Source of the DNA: Eledone cirrhosa
Taxonomy: Eukaryota
Direction of reading: 5' to 3'
Assembly (NCBI GenBank): GCA_964016885.1
Contig: OZ024750.1
Coordinates: 1,550,001-1,614,000, forward strand
Length of the DNA stretch: 64,000 nt
Position numbers and translations under genes: made by a program. Position 1 is the first letter of the stretch, and each line of letters begins with the position of its first letter. Positions 1 to 17,530 of this stretch are shown here, one piece after another. The notes beneath the pieces are model-generated. The model was not told the DNA's origin. It searched no databases and saw only the letters and a program-made list of their open reading frames with translations.

Positions 1-900
1 TTCCTGTTAAACACCGGATATCTGTTGCCACGTGACACAGGATGTAGTAGGTTTTTTCTTCGGAATACTTTCTACACTCATGTTTATAATTAAGATTTTC
101 ACTTCATGTCGAAGTGTCGATTTCCATTCTAATCAACTCATCGAAGCTGATGTCGCAAACTGGCTCCGAACTCCGGCTTTTATTTTGTTGTGTAGAATCC
201 GCATGAATTACGATTAATTTCTGAAGGCATTTAATTATATTCAGCTCGCTTCGCAAAGCTTTACAATTTGCGCAATAAAATGTCTTAATGAGATCAAAGA
301 CAACCATATACAAGGGTTTATATTGCTTATGGTATCTCTGTCTCTTCTGCGGCTTCTGCGCCTTGTGTGTCTAAAACCAGATAAGAACTTAGGTAGGTCA
401 TTAGGAAAGTATGGCTTAGTGGGATGCATCAACCGAGCCGGATAGCTCATTAATTCATTAATTTGGGTGCTACACTTTTACACTAGTTTTCCCGGTGATA
501 TAAAAAACTAACTGCTTCATTCGATTATCCAAATATGTCCACTTATATAAAAAAAATAAAAAAATCTGCTTTATATTGCGAGGCTAAATCTTTAGTCAGC
601 GAAATATATGTATCACACAGTAACATGTTAAAAATATATAAGTGGATTAGATGGGGCTTCAGTATATGTGTATTATACATTTACATTTATGTGCGTGTAT
701 ACATACATACTTATACATACATGCACACACATACACACATAAACACACACATACATACATACAATAGAATAATATATATGCACGATAGACGATTGTTTTT
801 TATTCATACAATGCAACTAACAAGTTTCTTCAGCTACAAATATAAGAAAGAACATCATTATGTGACGCTGCAAAGAGAAAAACGATTATCTTATATTATA

Positions 901-1492
901 GGCTATAGCAACTGAGAAGCGACGCCAGTGTAGTAGTCTATAGCAACAGAGAAGCGACGCTAGTGTAGTAGTCTATAGCAACAGAGAAGCGACGCCAGTG
1001 TAGTAGTCTATAGCAACAGAGAAGCGATGCCAGTGTAGTAGTCTATAGCAACAGAGAAGCTATGCCAGTGTAGTAGTCTATAGCAACAGAGAAGCGACGC
1101 CAGTGTAGTAGTCTATAGCAACAGAGAAGCGACGCCAGTGTAGTAGTCTATAGCAACAGAGAAGCGACGCCAGTGTAGTAGTCTATAGCAACAGAGAAGC
1201 GATGCCAGTGTAGTAGTCTATAGCAACAGAGAAGCTATGCCAGTGTAGTAGTCTATAGCAACAGAGAAGCAACGCCAGTGTAGTAGTCTATAGCAACAGA
1301 GAAGCGACGCCAGTGTAGTAGTCTATAGCAACAGAGAAGCGACGCCAGTGTAGTAGTCTATAGCAACAGAGAAGCGACGCCAGTGTAGTAGTCTATAGCA
1401 ACAGAGAAGCGACGCCAGTGTAGTAGTCTATAGCAACAGAGAAGCGACGCCAGTGTAGTAGTCTATAGCAACAGAGAAGCGACGCCAGTGTA
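901..1492 (+). repeat. 35-bp minisatellite, ~17 copies
   Basis: Unit GTCTATAGCAACAGAGAAGCGACGCCAGTGTAGTA starts every 35 bp from 901 to 1461, with only point variants (GACGCC/GATGCC/TATGCC) and no spacers. Confidence 0.97.
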
Positions 1493-1579
1493 AGAATGTG
1501 TTTGCACCGATCGATTGCTACTGCTGATGTCCTGACACACAGCAGGAGTGAAGTGATACCTTAAACACTTTTATCTTAG

Positions 1580-2384
1580 TACCTATCGGATGTGTCAACC
1601 GTCAAATATGAATTCAATGAACTGCTGTCTACACAGGTATCAGAATTCGACATCTTAGCTTTAAATCTTATTTGTCATCGATGTTATTCCTGTTTTGTCA
1701 TATGTAAAAGTTCATGAACGTTAGATACCGATATTGTGAGGGACATACACCTCCTAGGTGTAAAATAAAAAAAAATGTTTATTAGCGGCAACTTCTAAAC
1801 CCTTTCAATTGTAATATACTTCATAATTACATAGTCCGTTAGTGACAATATATCATATTTTCAAATATTTCGTCTTTGATTTATGCTAGGACATCATCAG
1901 ATGATAAAAAAATAATTTCTAAAATAACCATAATATATATAGCTAGTTCATATATATGGTGTTTTGTCTTACATTTGTAGTTTCGACGACCGTAACTCGT
2001 TCCATATAAATATTACGGTGGTATGTTATTTCCCTTGGGTAATTAGAAATAGTCAGTATGCAGAATCTAAAGTCAAAGTTGAAGAACTTTAGCAATATGA
2101 ATAAGAACAGGGCGTAACTGTGGCATGCTTGTGAAGAATATGTGTTGAACGTGAGTGATATTTTCTTTTAAAGCGGTGAGTTCTTTTAGTGTCAACTAAC
2201 GCATTAAGATTGAAGTAGGAATCTGAGCCAGTGTAAAACACTGATCTATTCTTTTGTACAGAAATGGAGGTGGAATGATAATGGCTTCAATATTGAAAGA
2301 GTTCTAAACTCTTTTGATATCATGAGTATATTTTTAAGAGTCAAGAAAAAATAGGAAAATACGAAGAATTTGTGATACATTCTG
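1580..2384 (+). pseudogene. Multi-exon decayed protein-coding gene of unknown family
   Basis: AG/GT-bounded, phase-compatible exons 1580-1636, 1711-1757, 1981-2020, 2064-2150, 2262-2384 splice to YLSDVSTVKYEFNELLSTQFMNVRYRYCEGHTPPSFDDRNSFHINITVNLKSKLKNFSNMNKNRA*LWHACEEYVLNKWRWNDNGFNIERVLNSFDIMSIFLRVKK. There is one in-frame stop, a likely frameshift in the last exon, and one intron is only 43 nt. Confidence 0.45.
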
Positions 2385-2500
2385 GTAAATAGCGAAGTAT
2401 CTGTCTAATAAAAATATTCAAGTATATCGCAATTATTTACAATAAATCAATTTAATCTAATATAGTTTTCCTCAAGATACAGCAACAGAACTGTACATAA

Positions 2501-2626
2501 TTGTTTCTACTTTTGGCACAAGGCCAGCATTACTGGTTCTTTATTTTATCGACCCCGTATGGATGAAAGGCAAAGTTAACCTCGGCGGGATTTGAAATTA
2601 GATCAGAAAGGGACATAACTATGCAT
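2501..2626 (-). mobile_element. 5'-truncated tRNA-derived SINE with 17-bp target-site duplication
   Basis: Reverse complement of the family core (AAATCCCGCCGAGGTTAACTTTGCCTTTCATCC...GGGGTCGATAAAATAAAG), flanked by AACAGAACTGTACATAA at 2484-2500 and 2627-2643. Confidence 0.9.
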
Positions 2627-2806
2627 AACAGAACTGTACATAAAAACAGTCCATAATGTTTAGGCTTGTTTCAGAAACGAGTTCAATTCTTCGTCAGATA
2701 ATTACTTGTTATCACTAACAGACTATAGTATGTTGCATACCATACATATAACTCCAGCACCAATTTTAGTGATTATTTTGTTTGTGTAATTATTTGTGGC
2801 TTATTT

Positions 2807-3000
<194 letters not shown>

Positions 3001-3056
3001 TATCCAGGTGTACCGACAAATAAATAAAGAATAAAACATAGACGTGTTTAATCTAA

Positions 3057-4267
<1,211 letters not shown>

Positions 4268-4385
4268 AAAAATAATTCAGTGGATGGAAAAAAGCGAGCG
4301 GGGACTAAATTCCAGGACATTGAAATAATCACTGCCTACATGGTCGGTGGCAAATTCAAAAGAATCAATCACGTGACACTGATAT

Positions 4386-4437
<52 letters not shown>

Positions 4438-4751
4438 CGTAGATATATATACATATATACTATTTATTTATACAGAAAAAAATCGCTATCTAATGTTTCA
4501 AGCCATAACTCCAGAATGTATGAGGGATCTTCAGGCGCTTAAACTCCTATAAGTGCCAGAATATTAGGTCACACAGTTGATCCCTCTTACAATCTGGAGC
4601 TATGTTCAATAGTGAGCCATGAAACCTTAGGTAGTGCTTTTGTTCCGTGTATGAACATAAATATAATACATCAGCTCTCTCCTCGATTGAGCACTATTTT
4701 ACTTTTTCCTTTATCAAGCCTGTGGATATTTCTACACACACACACAAACAT

Positions 4752-4790
<39 letters not shown>

Positions 4791-4899
4791 CACACGCACA
4801 CACACACACAGACACACACACACGCACAGACACACACAAACACACACATACACAGACACACACATGCACACACACAAACACATACACACACACGCACAC

Positions 4900-5035
<136 letters not shown>

Positions 5036-5049
5036 CCACATATATGTAG

Positions 5050-5366
<317 letters not shown>

Positions 5367-5429
5367 TTAAAGACAATCATTTTCGATTATAATTATAATT
5401 TCTCTTGTCATGTTTTGTAAGATATAGAA

Positions 5430-5507
<78 letters not shown>

Positions 5508-5779
5508 TTACATGAGTGTAGTCACCTCAGTAAGCAGCGGAACTGAATTATATGAAAATTGTACCGATGTTAACTTTCACTTACCGCATTAGAAATACTG
5601 AGACGGGAATGACTGCCAGAAAATAGCAAAATAGCAATGTAGATGATAATTGCAATAACACAGAACATCTAGCATTTGTCTTATAATAACCTTGTCTTTA
5701 ATTATGTTCCATTGCAAGACAAATGATCGCTGTTTGTGCTGTATGATTTGCGAGACTTATCAATCAATAGTCTTCTTAT

Positions 5780-8040
5780 ACGCCATTGTATTGGATATTT
5801 TTGTTGTGTTTGCGTTTATCTTTCTTGTTAATATTTCTCTTATAAGCCTTATCATTATCATCTTGGAATAGAAGATGACCTGCATATAACGAACTTCAAC
5901 AATGACAAAAATGAAATATAAAAACAAAACACACGCTAAATTAGAAGCCAGGAGAATGTCATTAAAGGATAGAAGTGATTTCTCATTAAACAGCCTAACG
6001 CAGATTTTCAATTTACGTCAAGTTACTGTTGTCAAAAATTTGTTGTTATTTTTTTGTATTCTGATAACGACGCCATTTCGTTTGGTAACAAGCGGATATC
6101 ATATCATAATAATTTAGCGCTTGGTTTGTCGCTGCTAATCTTTCCACCGTTGGTTGTTCTTGTTGGAATAACTATTAGGTAGTTATAAAGGCCTAGATTT
6201 ACAATGAAACTGCAATAGTGTTGTGTGAAGATCATGCCTACCACCTCACTGACAATTAACGATATAGTTGTAAAGAAAATGCTACAACCTGAAATCGAAC
6301 ACAGGTCGCGTATTCGTTTTGCTTCAAATAACTAACATATATACAAATACGAATGAAAAAGGGAATATGATTTAAATGTAAACCAGCTGTTTTAAGTAGC
6401 GCCTACTTTCAGAACCTCTGATTTAGCACATACCACATGCAGCAATCCATATTGTCTATATTAGCCCAGTTCCCCAAATGACGCAGATGAATTCGTTTTC
6501 CATAATCCCATGTTAATTCACTGAGTATCTTATCAAGCAGATGTGCGTGATACATTTAAACCTCGTGTTACTGTCATGTTGTAATGTATAATTGAAAGAC
6601 CATTAGTTTATTCAAGTATTTATGAGGTTGTGAGGTTTACAATCTCATTTTGATCTGAAGCTGTCAACATAGGAAACCTAAAAATTACGGATGTAATCGC
6701 GGTTAAATTACGTTTAATAGCCGTCTTTAACTATTCATTGACTCCATTATTCTATCAACATCACTTCATTCCTTCTTTTTTTATTTCGAAGACTTAATTG
6801 TACACTACACATCACGTGGTTTTCAATAGCAGATATGTTGACAATTATAGGGCCACACGTCTTGAAACATGGGAGTTAAAAGCTAATTCAATCATTTTAA
6901 ACAAATTAATCTTCCTCAAACAAGCAGCCCCAACTTGTTAAAATCTAGAAAAATATATTTCAGTTATAAGGATTACATTTCCTCACCGAAATATTTATTA
7001 AGGACCTTAATATCATCATGGTCCTTCAAATACCCAATAAACAAGGTAAACTTAAACAGCGTTAATTGTGCTTTTCTTTTTGTCGTTTTCGAGTGTGTTT
7101 TCAGAGAAACCTGTAGAAAAGAGATGAAATATAGATAATAGCAACATCATCATCGACTGCTGGTTTGTTTTGAAGTGCTGGAAAGAACATTTTAAAATAG
7201 ACACAAGTGAGAATTATACGGTTGGGAAAATCTCTCTTCAAAATGTATTGCAACTACCGCCATATCCTTGGAAGATAGTACCACCAATATGTACAAGGGT
7301 GGACTGAAACGTTCATAAACTAACAATGGAGGAATGATGCTAGAGCAGTAAAATCTTGAATCCGTTAATTTCAATTATTCTTATTGATAACTGCATTGTT
7401 TTTTTCTAGGGAGTATGTTGAATAATAAATCTAATATGGTCATTTCATGAGAGTATCTTGGTCAGCCTATGACCATTATTTCAACCTAAGAACCTTTCAA
7501 CCCACTCTCGTAGTTTCCATTTATTTTCGGCCATGTTTATTGTACAATTTAAAATGAGGGTGAAAGAACGACTCACTCTAGTAGATATTTCTCGTTAAAA
7601 GGAAAATATATATACTTGATATATACATAAAATATATACTTGATGACGTGCGATATATTGAGTTAGTCCTTATTTCTTTGAAACAAGAAAGATTTAGACG
7701 ATCACACGACCAGACAAAAGTTTTCCTGTCATTTGTCTTTACCAGTCACCCACTCAATTTCAATAGCCATCCATATATTCAGTAATACAGGAAATCCCTA
7801 GATGAAACCATATTCCAATAAGATTCTATAATATGTTTTAATTTTGCTAAAGCTATTCAAATAGAAACAATGGTTGTATTGATATCAGGATGTAAACAAC
7901 GTGAGGTATTGTTACATCAGTGCTTACATCTGAGTCAAATAGATAACATAATTTAGCATGTTAATATCGTCCAATATCCAGCTGATTCTCTCCTTACTAT
8001 AACGTATTATCCATTGGACATAAATTAATCTACAATCTTT
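5780..8040 (-). pseudogene. Possible decayed Cys-loop ligand-gated ion channel (nAChR-like) gene
   Basis: Colinear motif-like pieces on the minus strand: ERISWILDDINMLNY (~7990-7950), QYLTLFTS, FP-x12-W (~7794-7750), ERFSPPLYILVV, ILKRDFPNRIIL, PAVDDDVAII, then after a TTTCAG acceptor GCSIFFTTISLIVSEVV (from 6288) and NDILLASNLACVLFLYFIFVIV. Many stops and frameshifts. Confidence 0.35.
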
Positions 8041-9530
8041 CTAGTTCCTAAGATGAATCAAGTATTATGTTTTTCAGTTGAGGTCATTACTTTTTGCTTT
8101 TCAGCTCTCCATCTGACACCACCTTCTTCTCCCTTCCGTGATATTTTTCTTAACATATCTCTTCCTGCATTATTTTTCATCTATTTCTGTTTCACCTCAT
8201 TCTAGTTAAAATCAGCATTAAATCCAATCCATCAATATTTACTAATCTGCTGTCAGGCTTAAGTCGATAGAGTTTCCAGTGTGCCTAGCATCATTCATCT
8301 GAAGACAGTCGTGGCTTTCTAATCAATAACTCCACGCATATATGATCACTTTCTAGAATATCTACCAAACAACTATGGTTTTATTATCCAGAACACCATA
8401 ACTTATATAAACAAACCGAAAATAATTTTTGTTTCTCTAATATAAGTTGCGTGAATACTTATATTATTTTAGCTCAGTGACTAAGACATATGATTTTCTT
8501 CGTCTTCTGTGTTTAGACACCATAGTCAAAATATAATTACTACTACTGATACACCAGCATCACGTATATTATGACTAACTCCATGATGTATGTATAATAT
8601 TATATACGGTGTTAAAAACAAAAACATTTACTTGTCACTGAATTTATAATGACAACAAATACAAGACGCATAAACACACACACACATACGTACACAAACA
8701 TACATACATACGTGCACACATACATAAATACATAATAATTGCATATATATATATATAACTAAATGTTGGTGGAATAGACTGTGGTGTGTGGATATGTGTG
8801 ATAATTCAAATAAAATAAAACGGGTGGAGAACAGGTGAAAACATGAACAAGCAGGACGTTGAAGCATTATACATATACATATGTATGCGTGTGTATGTAT
8901 GTATATATATATATATATATGTGTGCGTGCGGATGTGTGTGTATGTGTGTGTGAGAGAGAGAGAAACGGAGAGTATCTGTCGTGCCGAGATCCTTTTTGT
9001 CATATTCAGGTATGTGAAACTGACGCTATATAAATGTGTTTACAACATTAATATTGTGGAATGTCGTATTATAGTGGAATGTCGTATTATCTCCTTTTTT
9101 TACATTATAAACTTATCGAGGGAGTAAATAGTTACCAGAGTTGTTACTCATATACAATAGCAGAAATACTTAATTAAAATTTAAATATTTAAGATAAAGA
9201 TGCGACACTATATAGGAATATTGTGCGTCGATACCATCACCAATAACGTTTTGGGTAGAACAAAAACGAAAAAAAACAAAAAGCAGGAAAATACAAAAAT
9301 ATTATTGTAAATGAAACGCATAAACAAACGTGTTTTCAGAAGCTAGCAGATAATAGTTTCATAATTCAATGACATTATCTCTTTAATATCCGTTCTGAAG
9401 CAGCTTCAATGTAAATTTCTTTGTCTTAGAGATACTTGAATATTTAGTAGCGTGCATAAGTTGGATTCCATATTTGAATTCGCACAAGAATTTCTATTGT
9501 TTGTTATACGGTATTTTTCACTTTCCCCAG

Positions 9531-13754
<4,224 letters not shown>

Positions 13755-13866
13755 TTCCGACATCTGTGAATATATTCAAACATCGGATATAATCACTTAT
13801 ATATTCTCCGACATTAACACGTCTATGATTGCTGTGAGATATAGGCACGGTCCAACATATGGCAAT

Positions 13867-13924
<58 letters not shown>

Positions 13925-13994
13925 CTGTATAATCAGCTCCTGATTATTACTGGAATTCTATAAGAATCCAGCTTCTATAACTTTCGGCGGAAGC

Positions 13995-14058
13995 AGGGGA
14001 GTGTGTGGTTCTGATGAACGCCAACCAGCGTGAAACAGACTGTCAGCTTCTCTCCCTT
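13995..14058 (+). ncRNA. Minimal type I hammerhead ribozyme (Penelope-type)
   Basis: GGUU-CUGAUGA(14011-14017)-ACGC caacca GCGU-GAAA(14032-14035)-CAG a CUG-UC-AGCU. GUC triplet, predicted cleavage after 14044. Distal helix I could extend through GGGGAG/CUCUCC. Confidence 0.8.
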
Positions 14059-14172
14059 CTTTCACCGAAAATAAGTAAGTGACATAGTCACTACTTTAAA
14101 ACTGATAGCGTATGGTCTTCTAAATGTTTTTAATTAAACATACGGTATATTGCCAAATATACTATACATACA

Positions 14173-14221
<49 letters not shown>

Positions 14222-14498
14222 CTAAGCGTATCAAAAGTGTCAGAGAAATTTCCGCAGGGAGCTTGCTTCACAGAGTGTCAGAGTCTAGATACTATAATAT
14301 ATTAAAATAAAATTATATGTACATGCGTGTATGTGTTGGTCTGTGCATTTATGTATTATGTATGTCTGTATGTATAAGTGTATTTGTCTAAAATGGAATA
14401 TATTTTTGTTACATATATAATTGTTTCTACTTACATATATAATGTTTTGTATTTTAGCTTTGGACACTCGTGCCATTGCGATGAATAAAGTGAGGATT

Positions 14499-14890
14499 GG
14501 TGGATTGGCAGTATCGGTAGAGCGTCAGAAACATGTTTTGCAGCATAGAGTTACGGCCATTTACGTTCTGAGTTCGAATCCCGCCGAGTTAGCTTTGCCT
14601 TTTATCCTTACGGGGTCACTGGCGTCGATTTAATCGACTTTCCCTCCCCTCAAATTGTTGGCCTTCTGCCTAAATCAGAAATCATTATTATTACTACTAA
14701 GTGCGGTAAATTGGCAGTATCGGTAGAGGGTCCATGCTTTGACGCATAGAGTTACGGCCCTTGCCATTCTGAGTTCAAATCCCGCCGAGGTTGACATTGC
14801 CTTTCATCCTTACGAGGTCGATAAAATAAAGTACCAGTAATACACTGGGTAATTGCTGGCCTTGTGCCTAAAGTAGAAACAATTATTATT
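14499..14890 (+). mobile_element. Two tandem tRNA-derived SINE copies
   Basis: A-box-like TGGCAGTATCGG, B-box GAGTTCGAATCC/GAGTTCAAATCC, conserved core and tail GGCCTTGTGCCTAAAGTAGAAACAATTATT. Confidence 0.88.
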
Positions 14891-17345
14891 ACTACTAATA
14901 TTATTATCACTATGAGGTTGTTCTTGTTATTGTCTTCATTTGTCACTCGTTTAACGAATAAATGATATGAGACAGTCCCAGTGCAAATGCTGTGTGAGTA
15001 TTAAGTGATAACAAGTTTAATAAAAAGAAAATATGAAAAATAATATGTGTATATAAAAATTTGTCCCGAAACTTAGATAACCACTTAGTTAAATATTCAT
15101 ATCACTGATCACTTTGACTATCAAGACAAGTACATTCTGCGATTGCCTCGGGCCTAGACTTGCATTGTGTGTATACCCATTTGCATATGCGGAATTCTTA
15201 ATCCACTCACATTTTTCAGCAAAAGTGGTCGGTAATTCTCTCTCCTTTTCTCTCCCACTTAATCTCGTTCTTCAAGTGGTACGTGAAATATTGATTCGTT
15301 CATAGCCGAGGAGGAAAAGTCTTGTCCTTCAAGCGTCTCCGCCCTGATAACTGACAGTGAATCATGAGGAAAGACAGCTCTTTCCGGCGCTCTGCCGATT
15401 CAAATTTAAGAGAAATATTCAAAAATATCTGATGAAGAGAAATGAAGCTATAAACATCCATTGAGCAAAATATAGTAAAATATAAATCTGTAAAAAGATA
15501 TAAATTGGTATAATAATTGACTTCATTAGACGAAGCCTATAAAAATTAAAAAAAAACTTAGAAAAGACTGAACAAAGAAGGGTGTCATATTAATAATGTG
15601 TGATACTATTATAAGATATTAGAAATCTCTGTAGTGAAGTTCCTTAATTCTTTATAATTATCTTTCTTTATTCTTCAAAATATTCAACTTATTGCTTTTT
15701 CTAAAGATGTGAAAAGACTAAATGAATCTTGTTATCATATTTCTTTGTGTCGGTTTATTTAACACTAAACTCAAACTAGCAGCACTAGTAGTATAAAGGT
15801 TAATTAATAAATACATGAATAAATAAAGATATTTGGTACTGAAATATAAACTTCTAAAGGTAATCAAGGATATTCGATGAGACACCATAAGATCAAAACA
15901 AATTAAAGTTTTAAATAACAGCTTTGTACACGAAAGAAAGAAGAAAGAATAACTTTATAAATACCATTCAAAGACTTCTCTAGCGGATTTAATCCAACAC
16001 TTAAAGCTCTAGACAACAGATATTTTGTGAACGAAACGTCCTTGTATAAATAGTTCGAAAATTATCTTGAAATTTGTAGCTGCTTTTAATAGTTTACAAA
16101 GCCAGTCCATTGTGGGTTGTACGAAGCTCTTAAGTTTACTCTTACAATCTTCATACCTATCAAGATTTAACGGAACCAAAATATTCTTTTGAAGGTACAA
16201 ATTAGTGTACTAGGCATCAAATATGAAACATTTGTGGTAGTAACAACAAAGTCAGGACCGACATAATTTCCGTTCATACACCAGGCTATAAAATCCAAAC
16301 AAATGCATCAAATTCTCCGAAACTCCTACTTCATCTGGTTACTATAGGAGTGGCTACCCTAGATGAAAAGTACCTTGGCGGACATGCTGCTCACGAATAC
16401 ACAGTTACATTGAAGGAGGGTATCATAGAAAATAAATTATAAATGTCAACCGGGATAATATTAAATTAAATAAGTTTGAAATTCTATGTGATTTATCGCC
16501 ACTCCATGAGGTCACGAATTTTTTTCCCCGGCATAAACGGATTAAATTCAATGAAAACACTGAATTGCAACCTCTATCAGATAAAACCCCCATTATATCA
16601 GGTTCAGATGTGAAGTAAATTAAAATGGCGATTCTTCAATCACTTTAAATATAAGATAAATGAAATTCCAATTCCCATCAATTACATTACTCTTGTCTTT
16701 AGGAAAAACATGCACATCGCATAATATCATTTTTCTGTTTTATTAATTCATAGCGAAATAGTAGAATGAGGGGAAATTATGAATGTTCTACCTCGGCAAA
16801 TAGTAATTAGAAAACTATTCCCAATAGAGAATGTTTTTACCATCTGAGGTGAAGAGACATAAAGTTTCGGGCAATGTCCTTCATCGAAGTTTTATTTCCA
16901 AATAACAAACCAATTATATAGAGAAGTAGGGAGAATAGATTTCCTTTGAAACAATAATTCTGAAGCAATAATTCTGAATGCATACTCAAGAAGCAAATCC
17001 TGTGTGTTTCACAGAGAAATAAAAATGTAGAGAAAACTGAAAATGATTTTAGTTATAATCTCAGTCATCGTAACCAACCGAAAATATTACAGCTTATATT
17101 TGTATGTAACAAAGGTCACAGCTTTCATTTTGGTAAATATCCGTAAATAATATTACACAATTCAGAAGAAATCCGAAGATTTGCGTTTATTAATATAAAG
17201 TGGATATATTTTCTGAAAGGTCTTCAGTTCTTATGTAACATACAACCCCATCCTCAAATACTCTATATTCCTGTAAAGATTTCAGATTATAGAAATCGAT
17301 AAATTTATCTGTGCCTTCTTCCTCTCCTCTTGTTCATCCTTTTCA

Positions 17346-17393
17346 CCATCATCATTATCCTCCATCATCATCACCATCATCATCACCATTATC

Positions 17394-17473
<80 letters not shown>

Positions 17474-17530
17474 TATCAACATCATCGACATCATCATCAT
17501 CATCATCATCACCGTCGGCATCATCATCCT
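17346..17530. repeat. (CAT)n trinucleotide repeat
   Basis: Directly visible; it produces the poly-H/S/D/M ORFs. A second tract lies at 31921-32003. Confidence 0.97.

Noticed and set aside
1-450. Nearly open frames on both strands (FYCANCKAL; IEADVANWLRT)
   Set aside because: Coding-like, but strand and family cannot be decided by eye, so it is not called.
901-1492. CRISPR-like 35-bp repeat array
   Set aside because: Units are contiguous with no unique spacers, no cas genes, and the context is eukaryotic.
6040-8200. Ankyrin/TRP channel reading (KNNAGRDML..RKG; QTKWRRY)
   Set aside because: Isolated motifs in inconsistent order and frames; less colinear than the Cys-loop reading, though not formally excluded.
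14499-14600. tRNA genes at SINE heads
   Set aside because: A/B boxes run straight into the SINE core and tail with no complete cloverleaf.
15420-15450. CTGATGA..GAAA at 15429 (also 1894 and 51672)
   Set aside because: No pairing helix II or helix I; chance matches to the hammerhead core.
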